Notes: generated from the letters alone by a model not told the origin. Shown: positions 37,211 to 47,190, counted from the stretch's first letter. The stretch is DNA of 64,000 bases from Oscillospiraceae bacterium (GCA_017521825.1 JAFXBK010000084.1:30105-94104), one strand, 5' to 3'. Program-made: numbers and translations.

Positions 37211-38716
37211 ATGACCGAAGAACTTACTGCAAAACTTGCTGAACTTGCGGAACTTCAAAGAAAGCTTTACGCATTCAGATATGCTACTTCTTCTATTTAT
37301 CTCGACAGCGCAACCGTCGCACCGAAAGATACCGAAGAGGGAAGAAGCGAGGCTCTTGGAATCCTTACCGGATATATGTACGATCTTTCCACCAAAGCCG
37401 AAACCATCGAACTCCTTGAGTATCTTAAAGAGCACAAAGATGAACTCACTCCCCACCAGGCAAGAGAAGTCGAACTTCTTCTCCGCGACAATGAATTTAT
37501 GAAAACAATTCCCGCGGAAGAATATATCGGCTATCAGAAAGTTCTCAGCAAAGCTGAATATGTCTGGCATAAAGCAAAACTTGAAAGCGATTTTGAATCT
37601 TTCAAACCCTATCTTAAAGAAGTTTTTGATTATAATATCCGCTTCGCAAAATATTATAAACCGGACGAAGAACCGTATAACACCCAGCTCAATATGTACG
37701 AGCGCGGTCTTACCATGGAAAAATGCGACAAATTCTTTGCAACTCTTCGTGAACATATTGTTCCGCTTCTCAAAAAAATCGTTGCAACCGGAAAGAACGA
37801 AACCCTTCCCGTAAAAACCGGTTTTTCCATTGATAAACAGAAAGAATTCACCAAATATCTCATGGATTTCATGAGCATCGATCCTAACCACTGCGTTTGC
37901 GGCGAAACCGAGCACCCCTTCACTCTTGAATTTACCAAAGACGATGTCCGCATCACAACCCATTATTATGAGGACAGCTTTGAATCCTCCATGTATTCCG
38001 TAATTCATGAAGGCGGCCACGCTCTTTACGAACTCGGCGGCGGAGATGAACATAAATATACCGTTGTTGCCGGCGGCGTTTCCATGGGAATCCACGAAAG
38101 CCAGTCCAGATTCTTCGAAAACCTTATCGGAAGAAGCGAAGCTTTTATTACCGCAATTCTCCCGAAAATCAAGGAACTTTTCCCGGAACAGTACGGCGAT
38201 ATCGATGCAAGAACCGCTTATGAAATGATCAACAAATCCGAACCTTCGCTTATCAGAATTGAGGCAGACGAGCTTTCCTATTGCCTTCACGTAATGGTTC
38301 GCTATGAAGTTGAAAAGAAAATGTTCGCAGGCGAAATCACCGTTGATGATATCCCGGCAGAATGGAACAGACTTTATAAAGAATATCTTGGCGTTGACGT
38401 TCCGGACGATGCTCACGGATGCCTTCAGGACAGCCATTGGTCCGGCGGCAACGTTGGTTATTTCCCGTCCTACGCGCTCGGAAGCGCTTACGGCGCACAG
38501 ATGCTTGCAAAAATGCGCGAGGACGTTGATGTTGAAGCGGCAATCGCTTCCGGAAGCCTTAAACCCATTGCGGATTGGCTTAAAGAAAAAATACATAAGC
38601 ACGCAAGCATGTATGATCCGGAACAGCTTTTCGAAATGGTTTGCGGCGCTCCTTTCGACCCGACCTATTATGTTGAATATCTTGAAAAGAAATTCAGCGA
38701 TATTTACGGAGTATAA
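37211..38716 (+). CDS. M32 carboxypeptidase (Taq-type)
   Basis: 501 aa. HEGGHALYE zinc motif, with HESQSRFFEN and IRIEADE regions. Confidence 0.9.
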   Translation: MTEELTAKLAELAELQRKLYAFRYATSSIYLDSATVAPKDTEEGRSEALGILTGYMYDLSTKAETIELLEYLKEHKDELTPHQAREVELLLRDNEFMKTIPAEEYIGYQKVLSKAEYVWHKAKLESDFESFKPYLKEVFDYNIRFAKYYKPDEEPYNTQLNMYERGLTMEKCDKFFATLREHIVPLLKKIVATGKNETLPVKTGFSIDKQKEFTKYLMDFMSIDPNHCVCGETEHPFTLEFTKDDVRITTHYYEDSFESSMYSVIHEGGHALYELGGGDEHKYTVVAGGVSMGIHESQSRFFENLIGRSEAFITAILPKIKELFPEQYGDIDARTAYEMINKSEPSLIRIEADELSYCLHVMVRYEVEKKMFAGEITVDDIPAEWNRLYKEYLGVDVPDDAHGCLQDSHWSGGNVGYFPSYALGSAYGAQMLAKMREDVDVEAAIASGSLKPIADWLKEKIHKHASMYDPEQLFEMVCGAPFDPTYYVEYLEKKFSDIYGV

Positions 38717-38728
38717 TTTATATTTGAT

Positions 38729-38765
38729 AAAAAAACAGTCCCCGTTTCAGGGGACTGTTTTTTTA
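38729..38765. terminator. bidirectional intrinsic terminator
   Basis: Stem acagtcccc/ggggactgt flanked by A- and T-runs. Confidence 0.85.
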
Positions 38766-39344
38766 TGTTTTTCGTTTAATAAGACGGATAACGCGCGGAC
38801 GGTTATAGCGCTGAAGAATTACAAAAATCATGTCAAAAGCACCGGAAAGAACAGAAGTGATAAAGAAAATCCAGAAATCTCCGAATGGAATTGTCAGAAA
38901 AATCGGCAGAAGCGCCAATATAAAAATTACTTCGTGAACAATTTCCGCAATGCACATGGACCTGATTATTTCATCGAATGAATTTTTTTCAACGTCAAAC
39001 TGTTCCGGGTCAAAGGTGGGAACTTTTTGCTTCCATTTATGAACATGGAGCTTTTTGTAAAGCTGTTTTTCAAATTTTTTCGGAGCGAACCATTTACTGT
39101 TGCAATCAATCCGGTTCTTAAAAACTTTATCAACGATATATCCTGCTGCAAGACGCATGACAAAATGATAAAACGTAACTCCGAAAGTTATTGATGCGGA
39201 AAAGAGAAAACCGCTTTTGTAAAACGTATTTGCCAAGACAAAAACGGCAAAGCAAAAACCGAAAACCCCCGTCAAAGCAAACAGCAGCTTTTTGAAGCTG
39301 CTGTTTTGAGCACGGGAATTGTTATTTTTGAGCACGGTGCTCAT
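38763..39344 (-). CDS. hypothetical membrane protein
   Basis: 193 aa with about 4 TM segments. No secure family call. Confidence 0.6.
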   Translation of the reverse strand: MSTVLKNNNSRAQNSSFKKLLFALTGVFGFCFAVFVLANTFYKSGFLFSASITFGVTFYHFVMRLAAGYIVDKVFKNRIDCNSKWFAPKKFEKQLYKKLHVHKWKQKVPTFDPEQFDVEKNSFDEIIRSMCIAEIVHEVIFILALLPIFLTIPFGDFWIFFITSVLSGAFDMIFVILQRYNRPRVIRLIKRKT

Positions 39345-39349
39345 TTTGT

Positions 39350-40570
39350 CTATTCACCGTAATATTTTGCGATAAGCTTGATCATTTCGACAGCTTTGTC
39401 CATTTGTTCAACGCTTGCAAATTCAAATTTGCCGTGGAAGTTGTAACCGCCGGTTCCAAGGTTCGGGCAGGGAAGACCCATGAAGGAAAGAACACAGCCG
39501 TCGGTGCCGCCGCGAACGGGGTTGGTAACAGGTTCTGCGCCAAGTTCGCGGATTGCTTTCTGTGCGGTTTCGATAAGGTGCCAATGGTCCTTGATAATTA
39601 CGCTCATATTTTTGTAATCGTAACCGGTTTCGGCAACAGCGGTTCCTTCGCCGTAACGACGGTTGATTTCCTCAGCGGCGCGTTTGATATACTCAACGCG
39701 ATAGGTAAGTTTTTCGGAATCGTGGTCGCGGATGATGTAATAAAGGTCGGCGTTGTCACAGGTGCCTTTCATTCCGGTGAGGTGATAGAAACCGTCGTAA
39801 CCGGAAGTGTGGCAAGGTCTTTCAACTTCCGGAAGAAGGGAATCAAATTCCATTGCAACAAGAGCAGCGTTTACCATTTTGTTTTTTGCACTGCCGGGAT
39901 GAACGGAAATTCCGTTGAAAGCGATATGTGCGTGTGCGGCATTGAAAGTTTCGCATTCAACTTCGCCGAAAGCGCCGCCGTCAAGAGTATAAGCGTAATC
40001 TGCGCCGAAGCGTTCAAGATCAAATCTGTTTGCGCCGCGGCCGATTTCTTCGTCCGGAGTAAAACCGATCATAATTTTTCCGTGTTTGATTTCGGGATCG
40101 GCAAGAAGTTCTTCCGCAGCGGTAAGGATTTCCGCAATTCCGTTTTTGTCATCAGCGCCGAGAAGGGTGGTGCCGTCGGTTACGATAAGATGCTGGCCCT
40201 TGCATTCTTCCATTTCCGGGAATTCCTTGCAGGAAAGATAAATCTGTTCTGCCTCGTTAAGAAGAACATCGCCGCCGTTATATTCAACAATCTGCGGTTT
40301 AATATTGGTAAAAGGAACCTCGCGTACAACGTCCATATGGGCAATAAAACCGATTACCGGAGCATTTTCAAAACCTTCGGAAGCAGGAATTTCGCCATAT
40401 ACATAACCGTTATCGTCAATGTTGACATTGCTGATTCCCATTTCCTTCATTTCGTCAACAAGAGCAAGACCGAGAATGGTCTGTTCCGAAGTGCTGGGGC
40501 AGGTTTCGCTTTCCTCGTCGGAAGCGGTAGGATATTGAACGTATTTGAGAAGTCTTTCGTATGCTTTCAT
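39350..40570 (-). CDS. pepT: peptidase T (tripeptide aminopeptidase, M20B)
   Basis: 406 aa. N-terminal LLKYVQYPTASDE, plus HMD, GADDKNG and DEEIG motifs. Confidence 0.92.
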   Translation of the reverse strand: MKAYERLLKYVQYPTASDEESETCPSTSEQTILGLALVDEMKEMGISNVNIDDNGYVYGEIPASEGFENAPVIGFIAHMDVVREVPFTNIKPQIVEYNGGDVLLNEAEQIYLSCKEFPEMEECKGQHLIVTDGTTLLGADDKNGIAEILTAAEELLADPEIKHGKIMIGFTPDEEIGRGANRFDLERFGADYAYTLDGGAFGEVECETFNAAHAHIAFNGISVHPGSAKNKMVNAALVAMEFDSLLPEVERPCHTSGYDGFYHLTGMKGTCDNADLYYIIRDHDSEKLTYRVEYIKRAAEEINRRYGEGTAVAETGYDYKNMSVIIKDHWHLIETAQKAIRELGAEPVTNPVRGGTDGCVLSFMGLPCPNLGTGGYNFHGKFEFASVEQMDKAVEMIKLIAKYYGE

Positions 40571-40743
40571 TTTATACCTCCAAATTGTGTGAAAGATGTG
40601 TACAAGTGTAAATTAATTTAATACATTAAATTATATCAAAACGCATCTGATTATGCAATGGAAATATGCCACTAATTATTTGTTGAAATTAAATAAAAAA
40701 TATCCCCTTATGTTCAACAAAATAGCGATATTTGCGAAAATCC

Positions 40744-40772
40744 ATTTACAAAAAGTGTAAAAAAAGTTATAA
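40744..40772 (+). promoter_or_regulatory. sigma-A promoter of the ABC importer operon
   Basis: TTTACA, 17 nt, TATAAT. Followed by the small inverted repeat AGTGCA-N12-TGCACT. Confidence 0.6.
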
Positions 40773-40830
40773 TGTGGCCAGTGCAAAAGAAAAAATGTGC
40801 ACTAATTCTATTTCAGAGAGAAGGAATAAA

Positions 40831-41907
40831 ATGCGTACCACTCTTAAACTGATTGCAATTCTTGCTTGCCTCGCACTTGTTCTCGCAGGCTGTGGCGCCG
40901 GCGGTGAATCCGAGGCTGTTGACCTCAACTCTTATACCCTTGATGAAATTATTGCAAAAGCACAGGAAGAAGGAGACGTCCAGTCCGTCGGTATGCCTGA
41001 TACTTGGGCAAACTGGGGACTTTCCTGGGAAGGCCTTGCTGCTGAATATGGTCTTACCCATACCGACGCAGATATGAGCTCCGCAGAAGAACTTACCACT
41101 TTCGCAAACGACAGCACTAAGGACATTGGCGACGTTGGTCTCGCATTTACCAAACAGGCTGTTGAAGAAGGTCTTGTTCAGTCCTACAAAACCAGCTATT
41201 GGGATTCCGTACCGGATTGGGCAAAAGATCCTGACGGTCTTTGGATGATCGCTTACACCGGTGCAACCACCTTCATTTATAACAATGATATTTGCGATGA
41301 ACCCATGCCTGCTTCCTGGGCAGACGTTCGTAACGGTTCTTACAAACTTACCATCGGCGACGTAGTTGGCGGCGCAACCGGCCAGGGCGTTGTAGTTGCA
41401 ACTGCATACGCATTCGGCGGCGACCTTGATAATCTTGAACCCGCTTTCGAATTCTGGACCGAAATGGCTGAAGCAGGCCATATCGACGCAGGCGACATTC
41501 TTCCCGCAAGAATCCAGGCCGGCGAAGTTGAGTGCGGTGTAACCTGGTCCTACAATGCTCCCGGATACAGAGACGGTGCAGCAAACTATGACATCACCAT
41601 CGGTATTCCTTCCGACGGCGCAATCCTTGTTGGTTATGCTTCCATCATCAACAAAACTTCCGATACTCCTTTCGCAGCAGCTCTTGCAAGAGAATATATC
41701 TTCTCCGATGCTGGCCAGATCAACCTTGCTAAAGCAGGCGCAATCCCCACCAGAACCGACGTTGTAATTCCTGAAGCAGACCAGGTATTTGCTCCCGAAA
41801 CTTACGCAAACGCAGTTGGTATTTCTGATCCCGAAGCATATGCAGCAGCTTGCGAAGAAATCTCCATTTGGTGGAACGAAAACATTATCCCGCTTCTTAA
41901 CAGCTGA
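40831..41907 (+). CDS. ABC transporter substrate-binding lipoprotein (PotD/AfuA-like class)
   Basis: ATG at 40831 follows an AGAAGGA RBS. Lipobox LAGC. First gene of a binding protein-permease-permease-ATPase operon. Confidence 0.85.
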   Translation: MRTTLKLIAILACLALVLAGCGAGGESEAVDLNSYTLDEIIAKAQEEGDVQSVGMPDTWANWGLSWEGLAAEYGLTHTDADMSSAEELTTFANDSTKDIGDVGLAFTKQAVEEGLVQSYKTSYWDSVPDWAKDPDGLWMIAYTGATTFIYNNDICDEPMPASWADVRNGSYKLTIGDVVGGATGQGVVVATAYAFGGDLDNLEPAFEFWTEMAEAGHIDAGDILPARIQAGEVECGVTWSYNAPGYRDGAANYDITIGIPSDGAILVGYASIINKTSDTPFAAALAREYIFSDAGQINLAKAGAIPTRTDVVIPEADQVFAPETYANAVGISDPEAYAAACEEISIWWNENIIPLLNS

Positions 41908-41950
41908 TAATAATTTGTCTTAAATCTGATTTTACTCCATGAGTAATAAG

Positions 41951-41985
41951 AATGGGGCGTACTTTTAAGCACGCCCCATTTTTTG
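41951..41985 (+). terminator. hairpin/partial terminator after the binding-protein gene
   Basis: Stem atggggcgt/acgccccat plus a T-run. The permease gene starts 16 nt later. Confidence 0.6.
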
Positions 41986-42000
41986 AGTGAGGTGTGACCT

Positions 42001-42879
42001 ATGAAGAATGCTTCCGGCGGCAAAAAAATGACAAGCAGATATACATATCTTCTTGTTCTTCTTCCGTTCCTTATTGTTGTCGTGCTTTTTGAGCTTTTGC
42101 CGCTTTTTATGCTCATAATCGACAGTTTCGGTTCGGACGCAGATAAAACGGTTCTTTTTACTCTTGAGAACTATAAAAAAATATTTACAACTTTAAGTTA
42201 TAAAACCGCGATAAAAAACAGCCTTATTATAACAGCTGTTTCAACTATTGCCGGAATTGTCATTGCTTTTCTGGGCGCACAGGCAGCTCATAATTCCCGC
42301 GGAAAGTTCAGAAACGCGTTTATGACCGTTCTTAACATGACTTCCAACTTTGCGGGTGTTCCGCTTGCTTTCGCATATATGATCATCATCGGAAACTCCG
42401 GCGTTCTCAAACAAATTGCCGAAGTTTACGGAATTGAATTCATACAGAATTTTGATCTTTATTCAAGCAGCGGTATTATTCTTATGTATATCTATTTCCA
42501 GATTCCGCTTTCCACTCTTCTCCTTATTCCGGCGTTCAACGGAATAAGAAGGGAATGGCAGGAAGCAAACATGCTTCTTGGCGGAAGCAGCAGCACTTTC
42601 TGGTTCAAGGTTGGTATTCCGGTTCTTATTCCAAGCCTTTTCGGAACCATAAGTGTTCTTTTTGCAAATGCCCTTTGTGCGTATGCAACCGCTTATGCAC
42701 TTCTTATGAACAACTTCTCTCTCTTGCCGGTAAATATTTCGGCGGCATTTACGGGAGATATAAGAAGCCAACCGTCGCTTGGTGCGGCTCTTTCCGTTGT
42801 TATGATGATCCTCCTTTGCGCGGTAATTCTTATTGATAACTATATCGTCAAAAAGACGACACAATGGAAGGTGAGGTGA
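42001..42879 (+). CDS. ABC transporter permease (PotB-like)
   Basis: 292 aa, 6 TM, with an EAA-like loop (EWQEANMLLGGS). Confidence 0.85.
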   Translation: MKNASGGKKMTSRYTYLLVLLPFLIVVVLFELLPLFMLIIDSFGSDADKTVLFTLENYKKIFTTLSYKTAIKNSLIITAVSTIAGIVIAFLGAQAAHNSRGKFRNAFMTVLNMTSNFAGVPLAFAYMIIIGNSGVLKQIAEVYGIEFIQNFDLYSSSGIILMYIYFQIPLSTLLLIPAFNGIRREWQEANMLLGGSSSTFWFKVGIPVLIPSLFGTISVLFANALCAYATAYALLMNNFSLLPVNISAAFTGDIRSQPSLGAALSVVMMILLCAVILIDNYIVKKTTQWKVR

Positions 42880-42884
42880 GCGAT

Positions 42885-43694
42885 ATGAATAAACGTACTA
42901 AAGTATATGCAAATATCGTGATGACCTGCGTTATCATATGGCTCCTTATTCCGCTTGTGGCGACTATTATATATTCGCTTTTTGAAGACTGGACCGGAAT
43001 TATTCCGTCCGGATTTACATTAGAAAATTATGCGACTATTTTTGCAAACAAGGGGTTCCTTACTGCTATTTATCAGACGGTTCTTCTTTGTGTTGTTCCT
43101 ATAGTCATTACGATAATTCTTGTTTTGCTTGCTCTTTTCGTGGTAACAATCTATTTCCCGAATCTTGATAAATATCTTCAGATTTTGTGCATGATTCCTT
43201 ATACCATCCAGGGCGTAATCCTTTCCGTATCTATTCTTTCTCTTTACGGAAAAAGCGGAACCGTTCTCGGCGAGCGAATGGTAATGCTTATCGGTGCATA
43301 CTGCATAATCATTCTGCCGCATATTTATCAGGGAATAAGAAACAGCATGCATGCGGTAAATATGCCGATGCTCCTTGAAGCTGCGGAAATGCTTGGCGCA
43401 AGCAAACTTTACGCTTTCTTCCGTGTAATCGTTCCAAACATTATAACCGGTATCACCGTATCTTCTCTTCTTGCGGTAGGTATCCTTTTCGGAGATTATG
43501 TTATTATCAGAAACCTTTCCGGAAGCGGTACAACCAACGTTCAGGTTTTCCTTTATCAGTCTATGAAACATTCGAGCGCGGAAGCTTCTGCGGTTTTTGT
43601 TGTAATTATGCTTATGACTTTTGCAATAACCGCTCTTGTTCTTTTCTTCCAAAGCCGCCAGAAACTCGAAAAAATCCAAAAAGAGGGGAGATAA
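42885..43694 (+). CDS. ABC transporter permease (PotC-like)
   Basis: ATG at 42885 follows a GGTGAGGTGAG RBS. 6 TM, with EAAEMLGAS loop. Confidence 0.85.
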   Translation: MNKRTKVYANIVMTCVIIWLLIPLVATIIYSLFEDWTGIIPSGFTLENYATIFANKGFLTAIYQTVLLCVVPIVITIILVLLALFVVTIYFPNLDKYLQILCMIPYTIQGVILSVSILSLYGKSGTVLGERMVMLIGAYCIIILPHIYQGIRNSMHAVNMPMLLEAAEMLGASKLYAFFRVIVPNIITGITVSSLLAVGILFGDYVIIRNLSGSGTTNVQVFLYQSMKHSSAEASAVFVVIMLMTFAITALVLFFQSRQKLEKIQKEGR

Positions 43695-43700
43695 GTTATA

Positions 43701-44708
43701 ATGGCTTATATTCGTTTTGAAAATTTAAACAAATCTTTTGGAAATAACCACGTTCTTAAAGATATCAATCTTGACGTTGAAAAGGGCGAACTTGTAACCC
43801 TTCTTGGCCCTTCCGGATGCGGTAAATCAACTCTTCTTCGCTGCCTTTCCGGTCTTGAAAAGGTAACCAGCGGTAAAATCTATCTTGATGGTGTGGATAT
43901 TACCGACGTTGACCCCCGCGACAGAGGAATTGGAATGGTTTTCCAGCAGTATTCTCTTTTCCCGAACATGAGCGTTAAAGAAAACGTTGCCTTCGGTCTT
44001 AAGATGAAAAAAGTTCCGAAAGATGAAATCGATAAAAAAGTTAAGGAAATGCTTGAAATCGTAGGTCTTTCCGATAAAATTGACCAATTCCCGATGCAGC
44101 TTTCCGGTGGTCAGCAGCAGCGTGTTGCGCTTGCAAGGGCAATCGTAACCGAGCCCAAAGTTCTTCTTCTTGATGAACCTCTTTCCGCAATCGATGCTCT
44201 TCTTCGCCACAACCTTCAGATTGAAATCAGAAGAATCCAGAAGGAACTTAACATTACGACCATTTTCGTAACCCATGACCAGGACGAAGCAATGGTAATG
44301 TCCGATACGATTCATCTTTTCAACGCCGGCCACATTGAACAGTCCGGAAGCCCTGTTGATCTTTACACCTCACCGAGAACCAAGTTTACTGCTTCCTTTA
44401 TCGGAAACTATAACCTGCTTCCTGCGGAAAAATTCGGAAAAGCCTGCGGCGAAGAGCTTTGCTGCGGCGACGTTGCAATCAGACCCGAAATCGTTAAACT
44501 CAGCAAAGAACCGGTGGAAAGCGATACCTGCTATCAGCTTAAAGGAAAAATTACCAGCTTTATTTCCCATGGTAACGTAATCCGTTTCCGCGTTGAAAAT
44601 GACGAAATCTGGCTCAACTCCGATATTGTATTTGAGCGCGAACTTGCTTTCAATGAAGGAGACGAAGTTTACGTAACCGTTGAAAAAGACCTTGTAATCA
44701 AGCTTTAA
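43701..44708 (+). CDS. ABC transporter ATP-binding protein (PotA/MalK-like with C-terminal regulatory domain)
   Basis: Walker A GPSGCGKST, LSGGQQQR, and Walker B LLLDEPLS. Confidence 0.92.
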   Translation: MAYIRFENLNKSFGNNHVLKDINLDVEKGELVTLLGPSGCGKSTLLRCLSGLEKVTSGKIYLDGVDITDVDPRDRGIGMVFQQYSLFPNMSVKENVAFGLKMKKVPKDEIDKKVKEMLEIVGLSDKIDQFPMQLSGGQQQRVALARAIVTEPKVLLLDEPLSAIDALLRHNLQIEIRRIQKELNITTIFVTHDQDEAMVMSDTIHLFNAGHIEQSGSPVDLYTSPRTKFTASFIGNYNLLPAEKFGKACGEELCCGDVAIRPEIVKLSKEPVESDTCYQLKGKITSFISHGNVIRFRVENDEIWLNSDIVFERELAFNEGDEVYVTVEKDLVIKL

Positions 44709-44734
44709 CAGCGTTATAATGTAACCGAAGCAGT

Positions 44735-44771
44735 ACCGGGAAGCGTTTTGCTTCCCGGTTTGTTTGATTTT
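44735..44771 (+). terminator. intrinsic terminator after the ATPase gene
   Basis: Stem accgggaagc/gcttcccggt plus a T-rich tail. Confidence 0.7.
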
Positions 44772-44797
44772 AGAATTATATTTTTTTGGAGGCAGTT

Positions 44798-45532
44798 ATG
44801 ACTAAAATTTATGCTCATCGTGGTTTTTCCGAAAAATATCCTGAAAATACAATGCTCGCTTTCAGAAAAGCGGCTGAACTTGGCGTTGAAGGTCTTGAAA
44901 TAGACGTTCATCTTACCAAAGACGGGGAACTTGTTGTAATGCATGACGAAAATACCGTCCGCACGACAGGCGTTAACGCTCTTATCAAGGACCTTACCCT
45001 TGAAGAATTCAAAGCTCTTGATGCCGGATTTGTAAAAAAAGGCGAATTTGAATTCGAAGCGCCGCCAACCCTTCGTGAAGTTTTTGAGCTTATGGTTGAA
45101 ACCGGCATTGAATGTAATATTGAAATCAAAAGCGGCGTTTTTGAATATAAAGGCATCGAAAGAAAAGTTCTTGCACTTATGGATGAATTCAAACTCCGCG
45201 ATAAAATCATCATCAGTTCTTTCAACCATTTTACCTGCACCCGTTTCAAAGAACTTGCTCCGGACGTAAAATGCGGCTTCCTTGAGGAAAGCTGGCTTAT
45301 CCACCCCGGCGCATATACCAGAAACAGGGGAGTGGAATGTTTCCATCCGTTCTTCAACTGCCTCAACCACGAAAATATGCAGGATCTTCGCAACAACGGA
45401 ATTGAAATCAACGCATGGACCATCAACGACGAAGATGATATGAGAAAAGCTCTTAAGCTCCAGCTTGAAGTTGCAATTACCAACTGCCCGGATAAATTCC
45501 TTGAAATAAGAAAGGAAGTTTGCGGAGTATGA
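44798..45532 (+). CDS. glycerophosphodiester phosphodiesterase
   Basis: ATG at 44798 follows GGAGG. Motifs HRGFSEKYPENT, EIDVHLTKDGELVVMHD and E...K. Confidence 0.88.
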   Translation: MTKIYAHRGFSEKYPENTMLAFRKAAELGVEGLEIDVHLTKDGELVVMHDENTVRTTGVNALIKDLTLEEFKALDAGFVKKGEFEFEAPPTLREVFELMVETGIECNIEIKSGVFEYKGIERKVLALMDEFKLRDKIIISSFNHFTCTRFKELAPDVKCGFLEESWLIHPGAYTRNRGVECFHPFFNCLNHENMQDLRNNGIEINAWTINDEDDMRKALKLQLEVAITNCPDKFLEIRKEVCGV

Positions 45533-46238
45533 TGCGCGTTGCCCACAGAGGACTTGCCGGACTTTATCCGGAAACACTATGATAGCTTTTGAAAAATGTC
45601 TTGAATATAACCCGGAAGCTATCGAAATGGATGTTCAGATGACAAAAGACGGCGAACTTGTTGTTTTTCATGATGAGGAAGTTTCAAGATGCACCGGCGC
45701 AAAAGGCTGGGTAAAGGATATGACTCTCGCGGAAATGCGCGAGCTGGATCCTTCCAACGGATTTGATATACATGATCAGAAGATTCCCACCCTTGATGAA
45801 TATTTTGATCTGGTTGAGGACAAGGACCTTGTAACTTTTGTTGAGCTGAAGAACAGCTTTATTACATATGACGGAATGGAAGAAAAGGTTCTGGAATGTA
45901 TCGACAGACACAATCTTCGTGAAAAAGTTATTATTTATTCCGCAAACCACTATTCCGTAATGAAATTCAAGGCTATGGCACCGGATATTGAGATTTGCTT
46001 CCCCTTTGATAACTGGATTTTCGATTATGGTGAATATTGCGAAAAGCGTAATGTTACCATAACCATTCCTTATCATTTTGCTCTTACCCAGGAAATTATG
46101 GACGATTTCCACAAACACGGTGTAAAGGTATATCCCTGGACAGTTGATGAGCCGGAAGAAATGCGCCGGATGCTCGATATGGGCGCCGACGGAATGCTTA
46201 CCAACAGGGTCGATTTGCTTACAAATCTTAATAAATAA
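45529..46238 (+). pseudogene. second glycerophosphodiester phosphodiesterase, frameshifted after codon 15
   Basis: ATGATG at 45529 (ATGA overlap with the upstream stop) encodes MMRVAHRGLAGLYPE, then hits a stop at 45580. The rest (MIAFEKCL...EMDVQMTKDGELVVFHDE) continues in the neighbouring frame from 45579. Confidence 0.75.
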
Positions 46239-46272
46239 AAAAACAAGGTGCCGCAGGCACCTTGTTTTTTTT
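46237..46272. terminator. bidirectional intrinsic terminator
   Basis: Stem acaaggtgcc/ggcaccttgt flanked by A- and T-runs. Confidence 0.85.
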
Positions 46273-46288
46273 ATCGCTAATTATATTT

Positions 46289-46711
46289 TTATCTTCCGAA
46301 AAGTCTTGCCAAAGGCTCAATAACCTTTTTAAGGTCCGCAATGGCTTCGTTAAGCGTTTCAATATCAATCTGTCCGACCGTATTAAGTGCTTCGTCAACC
46401 CCCTCAAGCGCCTGTTTAAGAGCATCTCCGCTTTCTGCAATAAGGCTGTTTGCGTTATTAAGAAGTTCGGTAAGGTTGGATTCCTCAAGAACGGTATTAA
46501 GTTCTTTTGTAAGTACGGTAATTTCGTCAATAGCGGAATTTGCCTGTTCAAGAACACCGCCAACCTGAACGCTAAGAATAATGAGAGCGATTGCAACAAT
46601 AAGCATTATTGAAGAAACAACAATGGTCTGGATTTTTATCATTTTTGTCTGTTTTTCGATAAGTTCCGTTTGTTTAACGGTTTCCTCGAAAAGTTTTTGC
46701 TGATAATCCAT
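46289..46711 (-). CDS. hypothetical membrane-anchored coiled-coil protein
   Basis: 140 aa. AGGAGG RBS, one TM, then a helical Leu/Glu/Asn-rich domain. Preferred over two overlapping ORFs that lack an RBS. Confidence 0.6.
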   Translation of the reverse strand: MDYQQKLFEETVKQTELIEKQTKMIKIQTIVVSSIMLIVAIALIILSVQVGGVLEQANSAIDEITVLTKELNTVLEESNLTELLNNANSLIAESGDALKQALEGVDEALNTVGQIDIETLNEAIADLKKVIEPLARLFGR

Positions 46712-46725
46712 TTAAAAAACCTCCT

Positions 46726-47190
46726 TTATAATATCAAATCTGCAATTCCGAAAGAGAGTATGCCCATTATTATTCCGCAGGTTATAACGCCGAGAAGAAT
46801 TGCAAAACTCGATTTCCAGACCCTTAACTGCAAAAGAGTTGCAACAAGGGAGGCACTCCAGGCACCGGTTCCGGGAAGCGGGATTGCAGTGAAAAGGAAA
46901 AGCCCCAGAAACTCAACGTTATCAACTGTTTTGGATTTTTTATTGCCATGGTCGATGATTTTCTGAAAAATAAAACCGATTTTCGGAATTTTTACAAAAT
47001 AAAAAAGTATGGTTTTCGCAAATTTTATCAAAAAAGGAACAGGAAGTATGTTTCCTATAACGCAGCAAATTAAAGAGGGAAGAAAAGGCATTTCCGCAAC
47101 CGCGGCATAAACCATAGCGCCTCTTAATTCAACAAGCGGAACCATGGATATAAAGAAAAGATATATGTAATCCATATATTCGGTCAACAA
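46726..47190 (-). CDS. small multidrug-export-like (COG2426) membrane protein
   Basis: 154 aa, 4 TM. N-terminal MVPLVELRGAMVYA motif. Confidence 0.7.
   Translation of the reverse strand: MLTEYMDYIYLFFISMVPLVELRGAMVYAAVAEMPFLPSLICCVIGNILPVPFLIKFAKTILFYFVKIPKIGFIFQKIIDHGNKKSKTVDNVEFLGLFLFTAIPLPGTGAWSASLVATLLQLRVWKSSFAILLGVITCGIIMGILSFGIADLIL

Noticed and set aside
46228-46612. Two alternative ORFs (123 aa on minus, 116 aa on plus) overlapping the 46289-46711 gene.
   Set aside because: Neither has an RBS. The 140-aa minus-strand ORF has an AGGAGG RBS and a clear TM plus coiled-coil architecture.
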